NCBI GenBank assembly: GCA_964016885.1
Contig: OZ024740.1
Span: 290,532,001-290,596,000, forward strand
From: Eledone cirrhosa
Lineage: Eukaryota
DNA length: 64,000 bases
Direction of reading: 5' to 3'
The position numbers and the translations under genes were made by a program. The notes below the pieces were generated by a model. It made no database searches, was not told the DNA's origin, and saw only the letters and a program-made list of their open reading frames with translations. Position 1 is the first letter of the stretch; the number at the start of each line of letters is the position of its first letter. This document shows, piece after piece, positions 50,701-62,700 of the stretch.

Positions 50701-53700
50701 TTGGGTACCCCGTTATTTATTTGGGTGCCCCGTTTTTTTAAGGGGGGGGTCCGTTTTTTATATGGGGGGGTCCGTTTTTTATTTGGGTGCCCCGTTTTTT
50801 ATTTGGGTGCCCCGTTTTTTATTTGGGTGCCCCGTTTTTTATTTGGGTACCCCGTTTTTTATTTGGGTGCCCCATTTTTTATTTGGGTGCCCCGTTTTTT
50901 ATTTGGGTGCCCCGTTTTTTTTATGGGGGGGTCCGTTTTTTATTTGGGTGCCCCGTTTTTTATTTGGGTGCCCCGTTTTTTATTTGGGTGCCCCGTTTTT
51001 TATTTGGGTGCCCCGTTTTTTTATGGGGGGGTCCGTTTTTTATCTGGGTACCCCGTTTTTTATTTGGGTACCCCGTTTTTTATTTGGGTGCCCCGTTTTT
51101 TATTTGGGTGCCCCGTTTTTTATTTGGGTGCCCCGTTTTTTTATGGGGGGGCGCGTTTTTTATTTGGGTACCCCGTTTTTTATTTGGATGCCCCGTTTTT
51201 TTATGGGGGGGTCCGTTTTTTATTTGGGTACCCCGTTTTTTATTTCGGTGCCCCTTTTTTTATGGGGGGGGTCCGTTTTTTATTTGGGTGCCCTATTTTT
51301 TATTTGGGTGCCCCGTTTTTTATTTGGGTACCCCGTTTTTTATTTGGGTGCCCCGTTTTTTATTTGGGTGCCCCGTTTTTTATTTGGGTGCCCCGTTTTT
51401 TTTATGGGGGGGTCCGTTTTTTATTTGGGTGCCCCGTTTTTTATTTGGGTGCCCCGTTTTTTTATGGGGGGGTCCGTTTTTTAATTGGGTACCCCGTTTT
51501 TTATTTGGGTGCCCCGTTTTTTTATGGGGGGTTCCGTTTTTTATTTGGGTGCCCTATTTTTTATTTGGGCGCCCCGTTTTTTATTTGGGTGCCCCGTTTT
51601 TTATTTGGGTGCCCCGTTTTTTATTTGGGTGCCCCGTTTTTTTAGGGGGGGGGTCCGTTTTTTATCTGGGTACCCCGTTTTTTATTTGTGTACCCCGTTT
51701 TTTATTTGGGTGCCCCGTTTTTTATTTGGGTGCCCCTTTTTTTATTTGGGCGCCCCGTTTTTTATTTAGGTGCCCCGTTTTTTTATGGGGGTGTCCGTTT
51801 TTTATCTGGGTACCCCGTTTTTTATTTGGGTACCCCGTTTTTTATTTGGGTACCCGTTTTTTATTTGGGTGCCCCGTTTTTTTATGGGGGGGGGGTCCGT
51901 TTTTTATTTGGATACCCCGTTTTTTATTTGGGTGCCCCGTTCTTTATTTGGGTGCCCCGTTTTTTATTTGGGTACCCCGTTATTTATTTGGGTGCCCCGT
52001 TTTTTATTTGGGTGCCCCGTTTTTTATTTGGGTACCCCGTTATTTATTTGGGTGCCCCGTTTTTTTATGGAGGGGTCCGTTTTTTCTTTGGATACCCCGT
52101 TTTTTATTTGGGTTCCCCGTTTTTTTATGGGGTCCGTTTTTTATTTCGGTGCACCGTTTTTTGATGGGGGGGTCCGTTTTTTATTTGGGTGCCCCGTTTT
52201 TTATTTGGCTGCCCCGTTTTTTTATGGGGGGGGGGTCCGTTTTTATTTGGGTGCCCCGTTTTTTATTTGGGTACCCCGTTTTTTATTTGGGTGCCCCGTT
52301 TTTTATTTGGGTGCCTCGTTTTTTATTTGGGTGCCCCGTTTTTTTATGGGGGGGTCCGTTTTTTCTTTGGATACCCCGTTTTTTATTTGGGTTCCCCGTT
52401 TTTTTATGGGGTCCGTTTTTTATTTCGGTGCACCGTTTTTTGATGGGGGGGTCCGTTTTTTATTTGGGTGCCCCGTTTTTTATTTGGCTGCCCCGTTTTT
52501 TTATGGGGGGGGGTCCGTTTTTATTTGGGTGCCCCGTTTTTTATTTGGGTACCCCGTTTTTTATTTGGGTGCCCCGTTTTTTATTTGGGTGCCTCGTTTT
52601 TTATTTGGGTGCCCCGTTTTTTTATGGGGGGGTCCGTTTTTTATCTGGGTACCCCGTTTTTTATTTGGGTGCCCCGTTTTTTTATGGGGGGGTTCGTTTT
52701 TTATTTGGATAACCCGTTTTTTATTTGGGTGCCCCGTTTTTTATTTGGGTGCCCCGTTTTTTATTTGGGTGCCCCGTTTTTCATTTGGGTGCACCGTTTT
52801 TTATTTGGGTGCCCCGTTTTTTATTTGGGTGCCCCGTTTTTTATCTGGGTACCCCGTTTTTTATTTGGGTACCCCGTTTTTTATTTGGGTGCCCCGTTTT
52901 TTTATGGGGGGGTCCGTTTTTTATTTGGATACCCCGTTTTTTATTTGGGTGCCCCGTTTTTTATTTGGGTGCCTCGTTTTTTATTTGGGTACCCCGTTTT
53001 TTATTTGGGTGCCCCGTTTTTTATTTGGGTGCCCCGTTATTTATTTGGGTGCCCCGTTTTTTATTTGGGTGCCCCGTTTTTTTATGGGGGGGTCCGTTTT
53101 TTATCTGGGTACCCCGTTTTTTATTTGGGTACCCCGTTTTTTATTTGGGTGCCCCGTTTTTTTATGGGGGGGGGTCCGTTTTTTATTTGGATACCCCGTT
53201 TTTTATTTGGGTGACCCGTTTTTTATTTGGGTGCCCCGTTTTTTATTTGGGTACCCCGTTATTTATTTGGGTGCCCCGTTTTTTTATGGGGGGGGTCCGT
53301 TTTTTATATGGGGGGGTCCGTTTTTTATTTGGGTGCCCCGTTTTTTATTTGGGTGCCCCATTTTTTATTTGGGTGCCCCGTTTTTTATTTGGGTACCCCG
53401 TTTTTTATTTGGGTGCCCCGTTTTTTTTATGGGGGGGTCCGTTTTTTATTTGGGTGCCCCGTTTTTTTATGGGGGGGGTCCGTTTTTTATTTCGGTGCCC
53501 CGTGTTTTATTTGGGTACCCCGTTTTCTATTTGGGTGCCCCGTTTTTTTTATGGGGGGGTCCGTTTTTTATTTGGGTGCCACGTTTTTTTATGGGGGGGG
53601 GGTCCGTTTTTTTATTTAGATACCCCGTTTTTTATTTGGGTGCCCCGTTTTTTATTTGGGTGCCCCGTTTTTTTATGGGGGGGTCCGTTTTTTATCTGGG

Positions 53701-56700
53701 TACCCCGTTTTTTATTTGGGTACCCCGTTTTTTATTTGGGTACCCCGTTTTTTATTTGGGTACCCCGTTTTTTATTTGGGTGCCCCGTTTTTTATTTGGG
53801 TGCCCCGTTTTTTTATGGGGGGGTCCGTTTTTTATTTGGATACCCCGTTTTTTATTTGGGTGCCCCGTTTTTTTATGGGGGGGTCCGTTTTTTATCTGGG
53901 TACCCCGTTTTTTATTTGGGTACCCGTTTTTTATTTGGGTGCCCCGTTTTTTTATGGGGGGGGGGTCCGTTTTTTATTTGGATACCCCGTTTTTTATTTG
54001 GGTGCCCCGTTTTTTATTTGGGTGCCCCGTTTTTTATTTGGGTACCCCGTTATTTATTTGGGTGCCCCGTTTTTTTATGGGGGGGTCCGTTTTTTCTTTG
54101 GATACCCCGTTTTTTATTTGGGTTCCCCGTTTTTTTATGGGGTCCGTTTTTTATTTCGGTGCACCGTTTTTTGATAGGGGGGTCCGTTTTTTATTTGGGT
54201 GCCCCGTTTTTTATTTGGCTGCCCCGTTTTTTTATGGGGGGGGGTCCGTTTTTATTTGGGTGCCCCGTTTTTTATTTGGGTACCCCGTTTTTTATTTGGG
54301 TGCCCCGTTTTTTATTTGGGTGCCTCGTTTTTTATTTGGGTGCCCCGTTTTTTTATGGGGGGGTCCGTTTTTTCTTTGGATACCCCGTTTTTTATTTGGG
54401 TTCCCCGTTTTTTTATGGGGTCCGTTTTTTATTTCGGTGCACCGTTTTTTGATGGGGGGGTCCGTTTTTTATTTGGGTGCCCCGTTTTTTATTTGGCTGC
54501 CCCGTTTTTTTATGGGGGGGGGTCCGTTTTTATTTGGGTGCCCCGTTTTTTATTTGGGTACCCCGTTTTTTATTTGGGTGCCCCGTTTTTTATTTGGGTG
54601 CCTCGTTTTTTATTTGGGTGCCCCGTTTTTTTATGGGGGGGTCCGTTTTTTATCTGGGTACCCCGTTTTTTATTTGGGTGCCCCGTTTTTTTATGGGGGG
54701 GTTCGTTTTTTATTTGGATAACCCGTTTTTTATTTGGGTGCCCCGTTTTTTATTTGGGTGCCCCGTTTTTTATTTGGGTGCCCCGTTTTTTATTTGGGTG
54801 CACCGTTTTTTATTTGGGTCCCCCGTTTTTTATTTGGGTGCCCCGTTTTTTATCTGGGTACCCCGTTTTTTATTTGGGTACCCCGTTTTTTATTTGGGTG
54901 CCCCGTTTTTTTATGGGGGGGTCCGTTTTTTATTTGGATACCCCGTTTTTTATTTGGGTGCCCCTTTTTTATTTGGGTGCCTCGTTTTTTATTTGGGTAC
55001 CCCGTTTTTTATTTGGGTGCCCCGTTTTTTATTTGGGTGCCCCGTTATTTATTTGGGTGCCCCGTTTTTTATTTGGGTGCCCCGTTTTTTTATGGGGGGG
55101 TCCGTTTTTTATCTGGGTACCCCGTTTTTTATTTGGGTACCCCGTTTTTTATTTGGGTGCCCCGTTTTTTATTTGGGTGCCCCGTTTTTTTATGGGGGGG
55201 TCCGTTTTTTATCTGGGTACCCCGTTTTTTATTTGGGTACCCCGTTTTTTATTTGGGTACCCCGTTTTTTATTTGGGTACCCCGTTTTTTATTTGGGTGC
55301 CCCGTTTTTTATTTGGGTGCCCCGTTTTTTTATGGGGGGGGTCCGTTTTTTATTTGGATACCCCGTTTTTTATTTGGGTGCCCCGTTTTTTTATGGGGGG
55401 GTCCGTTTTTTATCTGGGTACCCCGTTTTTTATTTGGGTACCCGTTTTTTATTTGGGTGCCCCGTTTTTTTATGGGGGGGGGGGTCCGTTTTTTATTTGG
55501 ATACCCCGTTTTTTATTTGGGTGCCCCGTTTTTTATTTGGGTGCCCCGTATTTTATTTGGGTACCCCGTTATTTATTTGGGTGCCCCGTTTTTTTATGGG
55601 GGGGTCCGTTTTTTCTTTGGATACCCCGTTTTTTATTTGGGTTCCCCGTTTTTTTATGGGGTCCGTTTTTTATTTCGGTGCACCGTTTTTTGATAGGGGG
55701 GTCCGTTTTTTATTTGGGTGCCCCGTTTTTTATTTGGCTGCCCCGTTTTTTTATGGGGGGGGGGGGTCCGTTTTTATTTGGGTGCCCCGTTTTTTATTTG
55801 GGTACCCCGTTTTTTATTTGGGTGCCCCGTTTTTTATTTGGGTGCCTCGTTTTTTATTTGGGTGCCCCGTTTTTTTATGGGGGGGTCCGTTTTTTCTTTG
55901 GATACCCCGTTTTTTATTTGGGTTCCCCGTTTTTTTATGGGGTCCGTTTTTTATTTCGGTGCACCGTTTTTTGATGGGGGGGTCCCTTTTTTATTTGGGT
56001 GCCCCGTTTTTTATTTGGCTGCCCCGTTTTTTTATGGGGGGGGGTCCGTTTTTATTTGGGTGCCCCGTTTTTTATTTGGGTACCCCGTTTTTTATTTGGG
56101 TGCCCCGTTTTTTATTTGGGTGCCTCGTTTTTTATTTGGGTGCCCCGTTTTTTTATGGGGGGGTCCGTTTTTTATCTGGGTACCCCGTTTTTTATTTGGG
56201 TGCCCCGTTTTTTTATGGGGGGGTTCGTTTTTTATTTGGATAACCCGTTTTTTATTTGGGTGCCCCGTTTTTTATTTGGGTGCCCCGTTTTTTATTTGGG
56301 TGCCCCGTTTTTTATTTGGGTGCACCGTTTTTTATTTGGGTGCCCCGTTTTTTATTTGGGTGCCCCGTTTTTTATCTGGGTACCCCGTTTTTTATTTGGG
56401 TACCCCGTTTTTTATTTGGGTGCCCCGTTTTTTTATGGGGGGGTCCGTTTTTTATTTGGATACCCCGTTTTTTATTTGGGTGCCCCTTTTTTATTTGGGT
56501 GCCACGTTTTTTATTTGGGTACCCCGTTTTTTATTTGGGTGCCCCGTTTTTTATTTGGGTGCCCCGTTTTTTATTTGGGTGCCCCGTTTTTTTATGGGGG
56601 GGTCCGTTTTTTATCTGGGTACCCCGTTTTTTATTTGGGTACCCCGTTTTTTATTTGGGTGCCCCGTTTTTTTATGGGGGGGGTCCGTTTTTTATTTGGA

Positions 56701-59700
56701 TACCCCGTTTTTTATTTGGGTGACCCGTTTTTTATTTGGGTGCCCCGTTTTTTATTTGGGTACCCCGTTATTTATTTGGGTGCCCCGTTTTTTTATGGGG
56801 GGGGTCCGTTTTTTATATGGGGGGGTCCGTTTTTTATTTGGGTGCCCCGTTTTTTATTTGGGTGCCCCATTTTTTATTTGGGTGCCCCGTTTTTTATTTG
56901 GGTACCCCGTTTTTTATTTGGGTGCCCCGTTTTTTTTATGGGGGGGTCCGTTTTTTATTTGGGTGCCCCGTTTTTTTATGGGGGGGGTCCGTTTTTTATT
57001 TCGGTGCCCCGTGTTTTATTTGGGCGCCCCGTTTTTTATTTGGGTGCCCCGTTTTTTATTTGGGTGCCCCGTTTTTTATTTGGGTGCCCCGTTTTTTTAT
57101 GGGGGGGTCCTTTTTTTATCTGGGTACCCCGTTTTTTATTTGTGTACCCCGTTTTTTATTTGGGTGCCCCGTTTCTTATTTGGGTGCCCCTTTTTTTATT
57201 TGGGCGCCCCGTTTTTTATTTACGTGCCCCGTTTTTTATTTGGGTGCCCCGTTTTTTATTTGGGTGCCTCGTTTTTTATTTGGGTACCCCGTTTTTTATT
57301 TGGGTGCCCCGTTTTTTATTTGGGTGCCCCGTTTTTTATTTGGGTGCCCCGTTTTTTATTTGGGTGCCCCGTTTTTTATTTGGGTACCCCGTTATTTATT
57401 TGGGTGCCCCGTTTTTTATTTGGGTGCCCCGTTTTTTATTTGGGTGCCCCGTTTTTTATTTGGGTGCCCCGTTTTTTATTTGGGTGCCCCGTTATTTATT
57501 TGGGTGCCCCGTTTTTTATGGGGGGGGGGTCCGTTTTTTTATATGGGGGGGTCCGTTTTTTATTTGGGTGCCCCGTTTTTTATTTGGGTGCCCCGTTTTT
57601 TATTTGGGTGCCCCGTTTTTTATTTGGGTACCCCGTTTTTTATTTGGGTGCCCCGTTTTTTTTATGGGGGGGTCCGTTTTTTATTTGGGTACCCCGTTTT
57701 TTATTTGGGTGCCCCGTTTTTTATTTGGGTGCCCCGTTTTTTTTATGGGGGGGTCCGTTTTTTATCTGGGTACCCCGTTTTTTATTTGGGTGCCCCGTTT
57801 TTTATTTGGATACCCCGTTTTTTATTTGGGTGCCCCGTTTTTTATTTGGGTGCCCCGTTTTTTATTTGGGTACCCCGTTATTTATTTGGGTGCCCCGTTT
57901 TTTTATGGGGGGGGTCCGTTTTTTATATGGGGGGGTCCGTTTTTTATTTGGGTGCCCCGTTTTTTATTTGGGTGCCCCGTTTATTATTTGGGTGCCCCGT
58001 TTTTTATTTGGGTACCCCGTTTTTTATTTGGGTGCCCCGTTTTTTTTATGGGGGGGTCCGTTTTTTATTTGGGTGCCCCGTTTTTTATGGGGGGGGGTCC
58101 GTTTTTTATTTCGGTGCCCCGTTTTTTATTTGGGTACCCCGTTTTTTATTTGGGTGCCCCGTTTTTTTTATGGGGGGGTCCGTTTTTTATTTGGGTGCCC
58201 CGTTTTTTTATGGGGGGGGGTCCGTTTTTTTATTTGGATACCCCGTTTTTTATTTGGGTGCCCCGTTTTTTATTTAGGTGTCCGTTTTTTTATCTGGGTA
58301 CCCCGTTTTTTATTTGGGTACCCCGTTTTTTATTTGGGTGCCCCGTTTTTTATTTGGGTACCCCGTTTTTTATTTGGGTGCCCCGTTTTTTTATGGGGGG
58401 GTCCGTTTTTTATTTGGATACCCCGTTTTTTATTTGGGTGCCCCGTTTTTTATTTGGGTGCCCCGTTTTTTTATAGGGGGGTCCGTTTCTTATTTGGGTG
58501 CCCCGTTTTTTATTTGGGTGCCCCGTTTTTTATTTGGGTGCCCCGTTTTTTTATGGGGGGGTCCGTTTTTTATTTGGATACCCCGTTTTTTATTTGGGTG
58601 CCCCGTTTTTTATTTGGGTGCCCCGTTTTTTATTTAGGTGTCCGTTTTTTTATCTGGGTACCCCGTTTTTTATTTGGGTACCCCGTTTTTTATTTGGGTG
58701 CCCCGTTTTTTATTTGGGTGCCCCGTTTTTTATTGGGGTGCCCCGTTTTTTTTATGGGGGGGTCCGTATTTTATTTGGGTGCCCCGTTATTTATTTGGGT
58801 GCCCCGTTTTTTTATGGGGGGGTCCGTTTTTTATTTGGGTGCCCCGTTTTTTTATGGGGGGGTCCGTTTTTTATCTGGGTACCCCGTTTTTTATTTGGGT
58901 ACCCCGTTTTTTATTTGGGTGCCCCGTTTTTTTATGGGGGGGTCCGTTTTTTATTTGGATACCCCGTTTTTTATTTGGGTGCCCCGTTTTTTATTTGGGT
59001 GCCCCGTTTTTTATTTGGGTACCCCGTTATTTATTTGGGTGCCCCGTTTTTTTAAGGGGGGGTCCGTTTTTTATATGGGGGGGGTCCGTTTTTTATTTGG
59101 GTGCCCCGTTTTTTATTTGGGTGCCCCGTTTTTCATTTGGGTGCCCCGTTTTTTATATGGGGGGGTCCGTTTTTTATTTGGGTGCCCCGTTTTTTATTTG
59201 GGTGCCCCGTTTTTTATTTGGGTGCCCCGTTTTTTATTTGGGTACCCCGTTTTTTATTTGGGTGCCCCATTTTTTATTTGGGTGCCCCGTTTTTTATTTG
59301 GGTGCCCCGTTTTTTTTATGGGGGGGTCCGTTTTTTATTTGGGTGCCCCGTTTTTTTATGGGGGGGCGTCCGTTTTTTTATTTGGATACCCCGTTTTTTA
59401 TTTGGGTGCCCCATTTTTTATTTGGGTGCCCCGTTTTTTATTTGGGTGCCCCGTTTTTTTTATGGGGGGGTCCGTTTTTTATTTGGATACCCCGTTTTTT
59501 ATTTGGGTGCCCCGTTTTTTATTTGGGTGCCCCGTTTTTTATTTGGGTACCCCGTTATTTATTTGGGTGCCCCGTTTTTTTATGGGGGGTTCCGTTTTTT
59601 ATATGGGGGGGTTCGTTTTTTATTTGGGTGCCCCGTTTTTTATTTGGGTGCCCCGTTTTTTATTTGGGTGCCCCGTTTTTTATTTGGGTACCCCGTTTTT

Positions 59701-62700
59701 TATTTGGGTGCCCCGTTTTTTATTTGGGTGCCCCGTTTTTTTATGGGGGGGGGTCCGTTTTTTATTTGTATACCCCGTTTTTTATTTGGGTGCCCCGTTT
59801 TTTATTTGGGTGCCCCGTTTTTTATTTGGGTACCCCGTTTTTTATTTGGGTGCCCCGTTATTTATTTGGGTGCCCCGTTTTTTATTTGGGTGCCCCGTTA
59901 TTTATTTGGGTGCCCCGTTTTTTTATGGGGGGGGTCCGTTTTTTATATGGGGGGGTCCGTTTTTTATTTGGGTGCCCCGTTTTTTATTTGGGTGCCCCGT
60001 TTTTTATTTGGGTGCCCCGTTTTTTATTTGGGTGCCCCGTTTTTTATTGGGGTGCCCCGTTTTATTTATGGGGGGGTCCTTCTTTTATTTGGGTGCCCCG
60101 TTTTTTATTTGGGTGCCCCGTTTTTTATTTGGGTGCCCCGTTTTTTATTTGGGTGCCCCGTTTTTTATTTGGGTGCCCCGTTTTTTATTTGGGTGCCCCG
60201 TTTTTTCATGGGGGGGTCCGTTTTTTATATGGGGGGGTCCGTTTTTTATTTGGGTGCCCCGTTTTTTTATGGGGGGGTCCGTTTTTTATCTGGGTACCCC
60301 GTTTTTTATTTGGGTGCCCCGTTTTTTATTTGGGTGCCCCGTTTTTTATTTAGGTGCCCCGTTTTTTTTATGGGGGGGTCCGTTTTTTATTTGGGTGCCC
60401 CGTTTTTTATTTGGGTGCCCCGTTTTTTATTTGGGTGCCCCGTTTTTTATTTGGGTGCCCCGTTTTTTTATGGGGGGGTCCGTTTTTTTATTTGGATACC
60501 CCGTTTTTTATTTGGGTGCCCCGTTTTTTATTTGGGTGCCCCGTTTTTTTATGGGGGGGTCCGTTTTTTATTTGGATACCCCGTTTTTTATTTGGGTGCC
60601 CCGTTTTTTATTTGGGTGCCCCGTTTTTTATTATGGGGGGGTCCGTTTTTTATCTGGGTACCCCGTTTTTTATTTGGGTGCCCCGTTTTTTATTTGGGTG
60701 CCCCGTTTTTTATTTAGGTGCCCCGTTTTTTTTATGGGGGGGTCCGTTTTTTATTTGGGTGCCCCGTTTTTTATTTGGGTGCCCCGTTTTTTATTTGGGT
60801 GCCCCGTTTTTTATTTGGGTGCCCCGTTTTTTTATGGGGGGGTCCGTTTTTTATTTGGATACCCCGTTTTTTATTTGGGTGCCCCGTTTTTTATTTGGGT
60901 GCCCCGTTTTTTTATGGGGGGGTCCGTTTTTTATTTGGATACCCCGTTTTTTATTTGGGTGCCCCGTTTTTTATTTGGGTGCCCCGTTTTTTATTTGGGT
61001 ACCCCGTTATTTATTTGGGTGCCCCGTTTTTTTAAGGGGGGGTCCGTTTTTTATATGGGGGGTCCGTTTTTTATTGGTGCCCCGTTTTTTATTTGGGTGC
61101 CCCGTTTTTTTTATGGGGGGGTCCGTTTTTTATTTGGGTGCCCCGTTTTTTATTTGGGTGCCCCGTTTTTTATTTGGGTGCCCCGTTTTTTATTTGGGTG
61201 CCCCGTTTTTTATGGGGGGGTCCGTTTTTTATCTGGGTACCCCGTTTTTTATTTGGGTACCCCGTTTTTTATTTGGGTGCCCCGTTTTTTATTTGGGTGC
61301 CCCGTTTTTTATTTGGGTGCCCCGTTTTTTTATGGGGGGGCGCGTTTTTTATTTGGGTACCCCGTTTTTTATTTGGATGCCCCGTTTTTTTATGGGGGGG
61401 TCCGTTTTTTATTTGGGTACCCCGTTTTTTATTTCGGTGCCCCTTTTTTTATGGGGGGGGGTCCGTTTTTTATTTGGGTGCCCTATTTTTTATTTGGGTG
61501 CCCCGTTTTTTATTTGGGTGCCCCGTTTTTTTTATGGGGGGGTCCGTTTTTTATTTGGGTGCCCCGTTTTTTTATGGGGGGGCGTCCGTTTTTTTATTTG
61601 GATACCCCGTTTTTTATTTGGGTGCCCCATTTTTTATTTGGGTGCTCCGTTTTTTATTTGGGTGCCCCGTTTTTTTTATGGGGGGGTCCGTTTTTTATTT
61701 GGGTGCCCCGTTTTTTTATGGGGAGGGGGGTCCGTTTTTTTTTATTTGGATACCCCGTTTTTTATTTGTGTGCCCCGTTTTTTATTTGGGTGCCCCGTTT
61801 TTTATTTGTGTGCCCCGTTTTTTTATGGGGCGGGGTCCGTTTTTTATCTGGGTACCCCGTTTTTTATTTGGGTACCCCGTTTTTTATTTGGGTGCCCCGT
61901 TTTTTATTTAGGTGCCCCGTTTTTTATGGGGGTGTCCGTTTTTTATCTGGGTACCCCGTTTTTTATTTGGGTACCCCGTTTTTTATTTGGGTGCCCCGTT
62001 TTTTATTTGGGTGCCCCGTTTTTTATTTGGGTGCCCCGTTTTTTATTTGGGTGCCCCGTTTTTTTATGGGGGGGGTCCGTTTTTTATCTGGGTACCCCGT
62101 TTTTTATTTGGGTACCCCGTTTTTTATTTGGGTGCCCCGTTTTTTTATGGGGGGGGGTCCGTTTTTTATTTGGGTACCCCGTTTTTTATTTGGGTGCCCC
62201 GTTTTTTATTTGGGTGCCCCGTTTTCTATTTGGGTGCCCCGTTTTTTTATGGGGGGGGGTCCGTTTTTTATTTGGATACCCCGTTTTTTATTTGGGTGCC
62301 CCGTTTTTTATTTGGGTGCCCCGTTTTTTATTTGGGTACCCCGTTTTTTATTTGGGCGCCCCGTTTTTTTATGGGGGGGTCAGTTTTTTATCTGGGTACC
62401 CCGTTTTTTATTTGGGTACCCCGTTATTTATTTGGGTGCCCCGTTTTTTTATGGGGGGGGGTCCGTTTTTTATATGGGGGGGTCCGTTTTTTATTTGGGT
62501 GCCCCGTTTTTTATTTGGGTGCCCCGTTTTTTATTTGGGTGCCCCGTTTTTTATTTGGGTACCCCGTTTTTTATTTGGGTGCCCCGTTTTTTTTATGGGG
62601 GGGGTCCGTTTTTTATTTGGGTGCCCCGTTTTTTTATGGGGGGGGTCCGTTTTTTTATTTGGATACCCCGTTTTTTATTTGGGTGCCCCGTTTTTTATTT

